From: Minisyncoccota bacterium
GTDB taxonomy: Bacteria; Patescibacteriota; Minisyncoccia; Minisyncoccales; CG1-02-41-26
Length of the DNA stretch: 64,000 nucleotides
Direction: 5' to 3'
Assembly: GCA_028718785.1 (NCBI GenBank)
Contig: JAQULB010000004.1
Coordinates: 2,525-66,524 of the forward strand
Made by a program: the position numbers and the translations under genes. Of this stretch, positions 53,321-60,815 are shown one piece after another (position 1 is the stretch's first letter; each line of letters begins with the position of its first letter). The notes under the pieces are model-generated. The model had not been told where the DNA came from and did no database searches. It saw only the letters and a list, made by a program, of their open reading frames with translations.

Positions 53321-53496
53321 AGAAACTAAAACCAGCCCTCTCAAAACGAGAGAAGCTGGTGTAAATTTTCTAAGATTTTCTTTTAATTCTTTTTATTTAG
53401 AAAACTCAAACTAACCTCCCTCAATGGGGCATAAAAGAAATAAAAGAAAAAGAAATTTCTTTTTGAGTTAGTTTGAATTAAACTTTTCATAATTAT
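53321..53496 (-). ncRNA. Candidate structured leader / sRNA 2 (homologous to leader 1)
   Basis: The 5' arm CAAACTAACTC (53475-53465) pairs with the 3' arm GAGGTTAGTTTGAG (53418-53405). It ends in the terminator CCAGCCCTCTC-aaaac-GAGAGAAGCTGG (53332-53359), with a T-run on the minus strand. Confidence 0.4.
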
Positions 53497-53502
53497 ATTT
53501 GA

Positions 53503-53531
53503 AGTATAAAAAATTACCCCCACAATGTCAA
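53503..53531 (-). promoter_or_regulatory. Near-consensus promoter TTGACA-17-TATACT
   Basis: On the minus strand, the -35 is at 53531-53526 and the -10 at 53508-53503. Confidence 0.5.
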
Positions 53532-53585
53532 GAGCTTCGTATTCAACATGCTAAAACCTATCAAAGCTTTCTAAAAAATACTCTT

Positions 53586-53666
53586 AAAAAGCGTATCAAA
53601 GTTGGCCGACTCGCCTTGCTGGAGCCTTCGGCGTAGCACAGGTCGGCACGGATTGATACGCTTTTT
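53586..53666. repeat. GC-rich ~80-bp long-hairpin element, copy X (inverted relative to copy Y)
   Basis: AAAAAGCGTATCAAAGTTGGCCGAC...GTCGGCACGGATTGATACGCTTTTT. By my alignment its reverse complement differs from 54592-54671 at 5 positions. Confidence 0.7.
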
Positions 53667-53779
53667 AACTTTTAACAAAATAAATTGCGTAATTTTATTA
53701 ATTGTTAAAACTGCGTATAAAAAAATCCCGTAAAAATTTTAACTAGCCATTAGCAAAAAAGTTAAAATTTTTTACAGAA

Positions 53780-53826
53780 TAAAAGAAAAAAGCGGGGGCT
53801 TTTACAATGTGGTGGTTGTAAAAGCC
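53780..53826 (-). terminator. Intrinsic terminator of the 158-aa gene
   Basis: GGCTTTTACAA-8nt-TTGTAAAAGCC is followed on the minus strand by CCCGCTTTTTTCTTTT. Confidence 0.65.
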
Positions 53827-53860
53827 ACGCCTTTGAGATGTTGCCTCTCCAGCTCCCGCT

Positions 53861-54337
53861 TTATATTGTATATCTAAGGCCAATTAGTTTTTTCTCGCCC
53901 TCAACTTTTATGGCCTCAAATATCGCTTTTTGCTCTTGGACGCAAACTTTTCCTATCACCGAAACCCCCTCAAAGCAGATAGCCCAAATGCCATCTTGGG
54001 GGCTATTAACATAAAGGGTTGCTGGTGATACATGAAATATTGTTTGGCCTGCTTTTCTCACAACAGCCTCTACAATATCTCCTGTATCCTCTGTTTCTTC
54101 CACTTCCACCCTTAGTCCAATTAAATTTCGTTGACCATCAACCATAATGATTTCAAATACAATCATTTCCTGGTTTATTTGGCTAACATAGATTTTTCCG
54201 GCTACTGAAACGCCCTCAAAAGAGATTTTCCAAACATCCTCCCCCATACTAACAACGCAAAGATTTGGATTCTCGGAAGATGTGTGGAATATTCTTGCGC
54301 CCGCCCGTCTCATAAGAACTGCTATAATATTTTTCAT
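53861..54337 (-). CDS. Hypothetical protein made of two tandem ~75-aa homologous domains
   Basis: AAGGAG lies upstream. The two halves align: IIAVLMRRAGARIFH..VWKISFEGVSVAGKIYV...LIGLRVEV against IVEAVVRKAGQTIFH..IWAICFEGVSVIGKVCV...LIGLRYTI. Confidence 0.6.
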   Translation of the reverse strand: MKNIIAVLMRRAGARIFHTSSENPNLCVVSMGEDVWKISFEGVSVAGKIYVSQINQEMIVFEIIMVDGQRNLIGLRVEVEETEDTGDIVEAVVRKAGQTIFHVSPATLYVNSPQDGIWAICFEGVSVIGKVCVQEQKAIFEAIKVEGEKKLIGLRYTI

Positions 54338-54399
54338 TTCTTATCTCCTTATACAATAGTTTTAGCGGATGTCGGACTTCCGCTACTTTTTTTAATGAA

Positions 54400-54555
54400 C
54401 GTAAATAAAAACCTCCCCATTGCTGGGGAGGCCTAAAGTTTTTAGTAATCTCTCTATTTTATAACACTAAAAACCTTCCCAGCTTGGGGCTCCGATAACA
54501 AAACCAACAATAAACCAAAAAGATTTTTTTGTGTTATTTCACTTTCCATAATTAT
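54400..54555 (-). ncRNA. Candidate structured leader / sRNA 3
   Basis: The 5' arm AAATAACACAAAAA (54539-54526) pairs with the 3' arm TTTTTAGTGTTATAAAA (54473-54457). It ends in CCTCCCCA-ttgc-TGGGGAGG (54412-54431), with TTTTTATTT on the minus strand. Confidence 0.35.
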
Positions 54556-54561
54556 AGCTTG

Positions 54562-54589
54562 ATTATAACCAAACAAAAAAATATGTCAA
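54562..54589 (-). promoter_or_regulatory. Consensus promoter TTGACA-16-TATAAT
   Basis: On the minus strand, the -35 is at 54589-54584 and the -10 at 54567-54562. Confidence 0.55.
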
Positions 54590-54591
54590 AT

Positions 54592-54671
54592 AAAAAGCGT
54601 GTCAATCCGTGCCGACCTGCGCTACGCCGGAGGCTCCAGCAAGGCGAATCGGCCAACTTTGATACGTTTTT
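54592..54671. repeat. GC-rich ~80-bp long-hairpin element, copy Y
   Basis: AAAAAGCGTGTCAATCCGTGCCGACCTGCGCTACGCCGGAGGCTCCAGCAAGGCGAATCGGCCAACTTTGATACGTTTTT. It lies about 100 bp downstream of the ftsI stop and could act as a bidirectional terminator. Confidence 0.7.
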
Positions 54672-54775
54672 TTAAAAATAAAATAAGTTGAAGTGTTGAA
54701 ATTAAAATTTGAAAAAAATATAACAACCTACATCCTTGGACTTTGGAGTTAAGTTTTGGAAAAAAGCTGGGCATC

Positions 54776-56449
54776 CTATTTTGTGGGAGGGATTTGTTTT
54801 AAATCAATTATGTATTTTGCCAATTTGCCAAAAATTGGAGCGGCGCAAGAGCTGGCCGCGTCTGATTGCTTTGGATTATCCATACGGATTAATATCGCAA
54901 ACTTTGGCGAAGTGGCTGGAGCAAAACCCACAAAACTTTGGATTGTTCTATCTTCATAATATCCTCCATTTGGGCTTGGTATTTGGGCTGTTCCAGTTTT
55001 TCCAGCCACTAAATAGTCAGGCACTTTTGCTCGCCGACCTCCCCCATTTTCCACCACTGAAACCATCATTGCCGACAATTCAATGGCTGTGTTTTTGGAA
55101 ATAACTTGCTTTGGAGAAGTTGTATTTGGTTGCTCAACCTCGCCTTTTGAAGAAATAATCTTTTCAACCACATAGGGTTTATTCATCTTCCCCTCATTGG
55201 CAATGGCGCTTATGGCTTGTAACATTTGTAAAGAAGTTATTTGAATCCCTTGCCCAAAACTAGCCACAGCAAAATCTCTTGGATAACCATTTTTTAAGGC
55301 CTGATTGGTTGAATATGTTTCACCAGCCACATCAATTCCTGTTTTTTCAAAAAAACCAAACTTTTGAATATACTTTAAAAGCCCTGTTTTACCTAATTTT
55401 TGTTCCACAAAAACCATTCCTGTATTTATTGAGTTTTCTAAAACCCCAACCATTGTTTGCTCTCCCCAGGCCTTTTTGGCGAAATTATAAATTGAAGGCC
55501 CTCCAACATTAGCTGAACCACTGTCAAAAAAAGTTGTTTCTGGAGTAATTAATTTTTCTTCAAGCCCCCCTGCCATTACCACTGGCTTAAAAACAGAACC
55601 GGGCTCAAACAATCCCTGTATGCAAGGGTTGGAAAAAACAGAAACATTTTTTTCTTGGCCATACTGGTTTGGATCATAAGTTGGCCAAACAGCCATTGCC
55701 AAAATTTTTCCAGTTGAGGGCTCTTCCACCATAATCTGCCCCGAATCCATTTGCCATTCATTAAAGGCCTCTTCTAATAATTTTTGAGCGTAATACTGAA
55801 TATTATAATCAATTGTTAATTGTAAATCTTTACCTAATGTTTGAGTTATTTCATTTCCTGTTTTAAAAACAGAAGATATAATTGAAAAAGTTGTATTTTT
55901 GCCTTTTAAAAAATCCTCGCCCTTGAGAGTGTTATTGTAAAAAGATTCTATGCCATATTGCCCATTTCCTTCACCGTTTACAAAACCCACCAATTGACTG
56001 GCAAATTTTTTGTTTGGGTAAACTCGATTAAAAATTTCATCTATATAAACCCCTTTTAGATTTTCTTGTTTAAACGCCTTGTATTGCTCGGTTGTTAGTT
56101 CTTTTTTAATTGTTTCCCCTTTATCAATTTGAAGGGTTATGGTTTCAATTGTATCCCCCAAAATTTCCGATAACTTTTGAATGGTTTGTTCTTTTTCTTC
56201 TTGCGGTATCTTGCTTGGAGAGATATATACTATTGGACTAATTACGGTTTGAGCCAAAATTGTTTTTCCATCGTTGAAAAAAATTGTTCCTCTTTGAGAA
56301 TTCGTTTCTTCAACTGGAATTTGCTGACCCATAGCCAAAGCGCCATAATACTCCCCTTTTACAACTTGTAAATAAAAAAGCTTTCCCAAAAGTAAAGCTC
56401 CAAAAAGAAGAAAAAAAATTAAATAAACATTAGCGGGTATTTGTTTCAT
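54776..56449 (-). CDS. ftsI: Peptidoglycan D,D-transpeptidase FtsI / PBP2-type
   Basis: It has an N-terminal TM helix and dimerisation domain. The transpeptidase motifs are SVFKP (SxxK), SIN (SxN) and KTGTA. Confidence 0.9.
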   Translation of the reverse strand: MKQIPANVYLIFFLLFGALLLGKLFYLQVVKGEYYGALAMGQQIPVEETNSQRGTIFFNDGKTILAQTVISPIVYISPSKIPQEEKEQTIQKLSEILGDTIETITLQIDKGETIKKELTTEQYKAFKQENLKGVYIDEIFNRVYPNKKFASQLVGFVNGEGNGQYGIESFYNNTLKGEDFLKGKNTTFSIISSVFKTGNEITQTLGKDLQLTIDYNIQYYAQKLLEEAFNEWQMDSGQIMVEEPSTGKILAMAVWPTYDPNQYGQEKNVSVFSNPCIQGLFEPGSVFKPVVMAGGLEEKLITPETTFFDSGSANVGGPSIYNFAKKAWGEQTMVGVLENSINTGMVFVEQKLGKTGLLKYIQKFGFFEKTGIDVAGETYSTNQALKNGYPRDFAVASFGQGIQITSLQMLQAISAIANEGKMNKPYVVEKIISSKGEVEQPNTTSPKQVISKNTAIELSAMMVSVVENGGGRRAKVPDYLVAGKTGTAQIPSPNGGYYEDRTIQSFVGFAPATSPKFAILIRMDNPKQSDAASSCAAPIFGKLAKYIIDLKQIPPTK

Positions 56450-56473
56450 ACATTATTACTCATTCATTTTACC

Positions 56474-56809
56474 CTATCTTCCCGCTCTTACCAAGTAATC
56501 GTTTGATAAAGGAATATATTTTATACTGTCATTTTTAACAAAATTTAAAGCTAACACTTCTTGCTCTATTGTTCCCAAAGATGAATTTTCGATATTCTGC
56601 TGGCTAAAAGCTAAGTTTTGAGATTGAGTTTTTAAAAGTTCTTTTTGAACATTGCTTAATAAATAACTATCATTGATTAATTTTTGAATTTGATAAAAGT
56701 AAAAACTTAAAAGCAAAAAAGCCACCATCCCCAAGATTGCCAAAAACATTTTTTGCGATAAAAAACTGAAGAGTTCGTTTGATTTCTTAACTATTGCTTT
56801 TGTTTTCAT
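56474..56809 (-). CDS. ftsL: FtsL-like cell-division membrane protein
   Basis: 111-aa single-TM protein located between rsmH and ftsI. Confidence 0.55.
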   Translation of the reverse strand: MKTKAIVKKSNELFSFLSQKMFLAILGMVAFLLLSFYFYQIQKLINDSYLLSNVQKELLKTQSQNLAFSQQNIENSSLGTIEQEVLALNFVKNDSIKYIPLSNDYLVRAGR

Positions 56810-56814
56810 ATTTA

Positions 56815-57702
56815 TTAGTTATTTATTATTTGCGCCACTCTTAACTTCGCGCTTCTTGCTTTGGGGTTTAATTTTGTTTCCTCAAAGCTTGGTGTTATTG
56901 GTTTTTTAGTTAATATTTTAAGCTTGCTATCTTTTGCTTGCTCTTTAAAAAACTTTTTTACTATTGCGTCTTCCAAAGAATGAAACGCTATCACTGCTAT
57001 TCGTCCATTTTCTTCTAAAACTTCAAGCGCTTGAGGCAAAACATTTTTTAAATTGTCTAATTCGTTATTCACAGCAATCCTTAAGGCCTGAAATGCTCTT
57101 GTTGCAAAATGGGCTTTGCCAAATTTATAGCTTCTGGGAAAACTTTTTCTAATAATCTCCACAAGCTGGAAAGTTGTTTCTATTGACTGCCTGCTCCTAA
57201 CATCAGCTATGTTTCTGGCAATGTTTTTGGCAAACCTTTCTTGACCATATTCTTTAAAAATTCTTGCTAATTCCTCTTCATTCCACTCATTAACTATTTC
57301 CCGGGCAGTTAGATTTTGTTCTTGATCAAACCTCATATCAAGCGGTTCATCTTTTTGAAAACTGAATCCCCGTCCGCTACTTTCAACCTCAAAAGAAGAA
57401 ATTCCCACATCCAATAATATGCCATTAATTGGGCCAAAATTTTCCCTATTAACAATATCTTTTAAATTTACATACGAATCATTTACTAAAATAATCTTTC
57501 CTTTATTTTTGATATTTGATTTTTGATATTTGATTTTGTCTTGGTCCCACTCTATCCCCAGCACTCTGCCATTTGGTTTTATTTTTTCCAAAATAGCTTC
57601 TGTGTGTCCGCCAAAACCAAAGGTGCAATCCACAAAATTTTGATTTGGCTTTGGATCTAAATACTCTATGACTTCGTCTTTCAATACAGGAATATGATTC
57701 AT
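56815..57702 (-). CDS. rsmH: 16S rRNA (cytosine1402-N4)-methyltransferase RsmH
   Basis: MNHIPVLKDEV, DCTFGFGGHT, DLGISS-like VGISS and FHSLED are present. Confidence 0.92.
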   Translation of the reverse strand: MNHIPVLKDEVIEYLDPKPNQNFVDCTFGFGGHTEAILEKIKPNGRVLGIEWDQDKIKYQKSNIKNKGKIILVNDSYVNLKDIVNRENFGPINGILLDVGISSFEVESSGRGFSFQKDEPLDMRFDQEQNLTAREIVNEWNEEELARIFKEYGQERFAKNIARNIADVRSRQSIETTFQLVEIIRKSFPRSYKFGKAHFATRAFQALRIAVNNELDNLKNVLPQALEVLEENGRIAVIAFHSLEDAIVKKFFKEQAKDSKLKILTKKPITPSFEETKLNPKARSAKLRVAQIINN

Positions 57703-57821
57703 TTAAATTTCTAAATCCTAATTTCTAATGACAAATAAAATATCAAAATCCAACCATCTAATAACCGAATTTTGACATTTGAAATTTTATTAGACATTAG
57801 AGATTTGTCATTAATCATTTT

Positions 57822-58253
57822 TTACACTCCTAATTCTTTTAACCTTTCAGCAATATTGCCTGCTTCTTTTTCGGTTTGTTGTTTGTAAGTATTCCACTTT
57901 GCTTCATCCCAAATTTCAATTCTGTTAAAAAGCCCAGCAATAATAGTTTTTTTAGAAAGCCCGGCGTATTCTTTTAAATAATCGGGCATTAAAATTCTAC
58001 CCAAAGCGTCAATGGAAACTTCCATAGCTCCTGCCAACATCATCCTGCTAAACCCCCTAGCATCGGCCTGTGATAATGGCAACTTACTTAACTTTTCGGC
58101 CAATATCTGCCAATCTTTCATTGGAAATAAAAATAAACAATTATCTAATCCTCTGGTGATAACCGCTTTTTTACCCAAAGCAATTCTAAATTTCAGAGGC
58201 AAAGCCAATCGTTTTTTATCGTCTATTGAGTATTGGTATTCACCAAGGAACAT
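57822..58253 (-). CDS. mraZ: Transcriptional regulator MraZ
   Basis: MFLGEYQYSIDDKKRLALPLKFR plus a second SpoVT/AbrB-like repeat. Confidence 0.92.
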   Translation of the reverse strand: MFLGEYQYSIDDKKRLALPLKFRIALGKKAVITRGLDNCLFLFPMKDWQILAEKLSKLPLSQADARGFSRMMLAGAMEVSIDALGRILMPDYLKEYAGLSKKTIIAGLFNRIEIWDEAKWNTYKQQTEKEAGNIAERLKELGV

Positions 58254-58319
58254 AATATTTTTGTTGAAATTTATGAGGTAGCGAAATAAATTTCGCTACA
58301 AAAATGATTACCCAGCCCT

Positions 58320-58541
58320 CTACCCAATAATTCTCTTTTTTAATCCCTGCCATGCGCTACCATACTGTTTCAGTTTCCTCTCTCTTTGCCTGGCCAACCT
58401 CTCTGTCTGATACGCTTCATAGTAAGTTAAATTACAAGATACCTCTCTATTGTGTTGACGAAATCTTTTCTTCAAATCTTCCGTATAGTCAATATAAAAA
58501 TCTTTATTTTGTATTTGTTGTAATATATAAACATAGTACAT
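58320..58541 (-). CDS. GIY-YIG domain protein (short, somewhat degenerate)
   Basis: MYYVYILQQIQNKDFYIDYTEDLKKRFRQHN...ERKLK. Confidence 0.6.
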   Translation of the reverse strand: MYYVYILQQIQNKDFYIDYTEDLKKRFRQHNREVSCNLTYYEAYQTERLARQRERKLKQYGSAWQGLKKRIIG

Positions 58542-58585
58542 ATAGAACAGAGGGCTGGGTTCTCGCTCGTTTCACTCGCTCAAAG

Positions 58586-58763
58586 TTATCCACAGAAACA
58601 CGGGTTTATCCCCACTTTTCTCCACAGCTTCCCACACATCTCCATTATTGCACCACAAAGAAACACTGTCAACCACTCCCCCACCACTCTATAAAAACCA
58701 AAAACCCTTATAAAATAAGGGTTTTTGGCTTTTTAAATCTATTAACTCGCCAAGTTATCCACA
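58586..58763 (+). promoter_or_regulatory. Cluster of DnaA-box-like 9-mers
   Basis: TTATCCACA occurs at 58586-58594 and 58755-58763, TTATCCCCA at 58606-58614, and TTCTCCACA at 58618-58626. All are in the same orientation. Confidence 0.5.
58698..58731. terminator. Bidirectional intrinsic terminator downstream of the surface-protein gene
   Basis: AAAAACCCTTA-taaaa-TAAGGGTTTTTGG. Confidence 0.6.
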
Positions 58764-58770
58764 AGGCAAA

Positions 58771-60096
58771 TTATTTTCTTTTTTTGATTAAAGAGTTTAA
58801 TTTCTTTTGCGCCCTAAAGCCATTGGTTTCTTCTTTTCTCACGGTTGCCCATTTATCAAACCCAAGCAGTTGGGATTTAAAAATAAACAACAATAAAGCC
58901 GCCAACACTAAAGGCAAAAGCAAAGACCCAAACAAATCGCTAACTATTCCTGTGTTCACATCTGTAGCTGCTCCTGCAACCGCTCTTTTTACCACCACAA
59001 CCGTGGCAGTGTCAGAAATGGAAACGCCATTGTTATAAACTAAAGCCGAGTTTATCAAACTGTTTGTGCCATAGTTAAAAAATTCTTTAGTGTTAACTCT
59101 TGCCCTATAGGTAATGGTTCTTGAAGTTCCAACTGGCATATCTCCAAGCAAAATTCCGTCTAAAACGCTTCTTCCATCAGATATTCCATCAATAGTTAAA
59201 TTACCAAGATAAATTAGCCCAGATGGCATTGCGTCTTTTATATAAACAGCTGGAGCTGTTACAGAGCCAGACGAAGTAATTACCACTTTGTAAATCATTT
59301 CATCGCCAAAATTAGCGGCAATTGAATCTCCAAAAACCGTGCCATTAGTTATATCTTGAACAGTTTTTTGAACATTTAAAGTATATTGATTGTTGCTGGG
59401 AATAACTCCCCCACCTCCAACCGTAATAATAGTTGTGCCCTCAGCTGATAAGCCCAATTTTTCAACTCTTACCTTGGCAGTATAGGTGCCAGCAGTTGAA
59501 TAATTACACAAACTATCAGCAGTGTAAGAAGATGAAGGGCCTTGATACATTGTTAATTGCTTATCCCAAGAACCATCATTGTTGCAATCAAACCAATAGC
59601 GCAAGTCCCCAGCCAATCTGCCTGAAACATCGGCTTTTAAATCAACATTATTCAAAGGAGCGGGGCCAGAGTATGGAATTGCTTCCAAAGAAACTCTTAA
59701 CTCATCGTTTGAACAAAGAGTGGAAAATGTCCTATCAACCCCATAAACAGCGCCACTTCCATTATCCCCCACTGCCCTATAGTGATAAAGAGAACAAGAA
59801 TTTAAATTAGATAAAGTGGCTTGAAATGTCCCAATAGTTGTCATTACCTGGCTATTAGTTTTTGAGCCATAATTTGAGGTTAAGCCATAATCAAACCAAA
59901 TAGTGGCTGAAGTTTTCCCGCCTAAATTGCTCAATTCTCCGCTTACAACAGCAGAATTAGAGGTAATATCTGCTGACGGATGAGTGTACATTGAAACCAC
60001 ATCGGCTGAAGCTGGAAATGAAAAAAACACCAGCCCAAAAACTGACAAAACCAACGCAGCCACTGCTAAAACATTTGCTGTAATTTGTTTATTCAT
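58771..60096 (-). CDS. Cell-surface protein (signal peptide, PKD-like and DUF11-like beta domains, C-terminal TM anchor); likely sortase substrate
   Basis: It has a signal peptide. The PKD-like region is LRYWFDCNNDGSWD...GTYTAKVRV. The C-terminus is ..TDVNTG-IVSDLFGSLLLPLVLAALLLFIF-KSQ..KKRK. Confidence 0.7.
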   Translation of the reverse strand: MNKQITANVLAVAALVLSVFGLVFFSFPASADVVSMYTHPSADITSNSAVVSGELSNLGGKTSATIWFDYGLTSNYGSKTNSQVMTTIGTFQATLSNLNSCSLYHYRAVGDNGSGAVYGVDRTFSTLCSNDELRVSLEAIPYSGPAPLNNVDLKADVSGRLAGDLRYWFDCNNDGSWDKQLTMYQGPSSSYTADSLCNYSTAGTYTAKVRVEKLGLSAEGTTIITVGGGGVIPSNNQYTLNVQKTVQDITNGTVFGDSIAANFGDEMIYKVVITSSGSVTAPAVYIKDAMPSGLIYLGNLTIDGISDGRSVLDGILLGDMPVGTSRTITYRARVNTKEFFNYGTNSLINSALVYNNGVSISDTATVVVVKRAVAGAATDVNTGIVSDLFGSLLLPLVLAALLLFIFKSQLLGFDKWATVRKEETNGFRAQKKLNSLIKKRK

Positions 60097-60128
60097 AATT
60101 TTTGTTATTAGTTATTAGTTTTATGTTA

Positions 60129-60815
60129 TTAGTTAGATAGCTCTGCCTCAACCACAATTCTTTGCAGATTATGACCTGGAGGCCAACAACTCACTAATAA
60201 TAACATATTTCTATTAAAAGTCAAGTATTGGGACAGGTCTTGTCCGGCCTTTACAAAAAAGGTGTCCCTCACTATATACTTATAAATTTCCCCATGAAAA
60301 TCTATTGAAATCTCATCCCCGGGCTTTAAGTCCTTTAAATTGTTAAACACCGAATCATATCTTATTTTTGGCCAATTTGGGGGAGCAGAATGCCCCAAAA
60401 TAATGGTTGTTCCAACCGTTCCAGGCAAAGTTGAATCAGGATAATGCAAAACCCCAACATTTAAAAGAGAGGCAAAAACTTTCTGGCTTCTTGATTGGGT
60501 GAATGAAATTGGCGCGTTCACCCCGATAATTGGTATTGAAATGTAACTGGGTCTGGTTATGTCCACTGGCTTTGGTTTTGGCTGGACTTGCTGGGTGGTT
60601 GAAGAAGATTGATTGGGAAGAGACAACAACGCTATTTCAGAAAAATAAACTGAAACTTCATTTTGACCAATAGTTTTTCTGGCTAAATATCCCAAATTTT
60701 CCCCCACTGTTTTGTAATTAAAAAACCAATCAATATATCCCCAATTAAAAATAACTAAAAATATGGCTGATAAAATTAAAAAATATTTTAGTAAAATTTT
60801 AGAAGATTTGAGCAT
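60129..60815 (-). CDS. Sortase family transpeptidase
   Basis: It has an N-terminal TM helix and the catalytic His (ILGHS), Cys (LLLVSCWPP) and Arg (LQRIVV). Confidence 0.8.
   Translation of the reverse strand: MLKSSKILLKYFLILSAIFLVIFNWGYIDWFFNYKTVGENLGYLARKTIGQNEVSVYFSEIALLSLPNQSSSTTQQVQPKPKPVDITRPSYISIPIIGVNAPISFTQSRSQKVFASLLNVGVLHYPDSTLPGTVGTTIILGHSAPPNWPKIRYDSVFNNLKDLKPGDEISIDFHGEIYKYIVRDTFFVKAGQDLSQYLTFNRNMLLLVSCWPPGHNLQRIVVEAELSN

Noticed and set aside
53400-53490. The short ORF at the start of leader 2 encodes a Phe/Tyr run (..RNFFFFYFFYAP..), reminiscent of pheL/pheM-type attenuation leader peptides.
   Set aside because: The run comes from a T-rich tract, which is common in this genome. 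There is no ribosome-binding site. The downstream ORFs have nothing to do with aromatic amino acids. The homologous leader 1 has no such run.
58586-58763. Calling the DnaA-box cluster the chromosomal origin (oriC).
   Set aside because: Flanking genes on both sides are on the same strand, no dnaA or dnaN is nearby, and no clear AT-rich 13-mer-type unwinding element was identified. It is reported only as a DnaA-box cluster.
58352-59038. 228-aa plus-strand ORF spanning the GIY-YIG gene, the DnaA-box region and the end of the surface-protein gene.
   Set aside because: It crosses a terminator and two better-supported minus-strand genes, and its sequence has no protein-like features.
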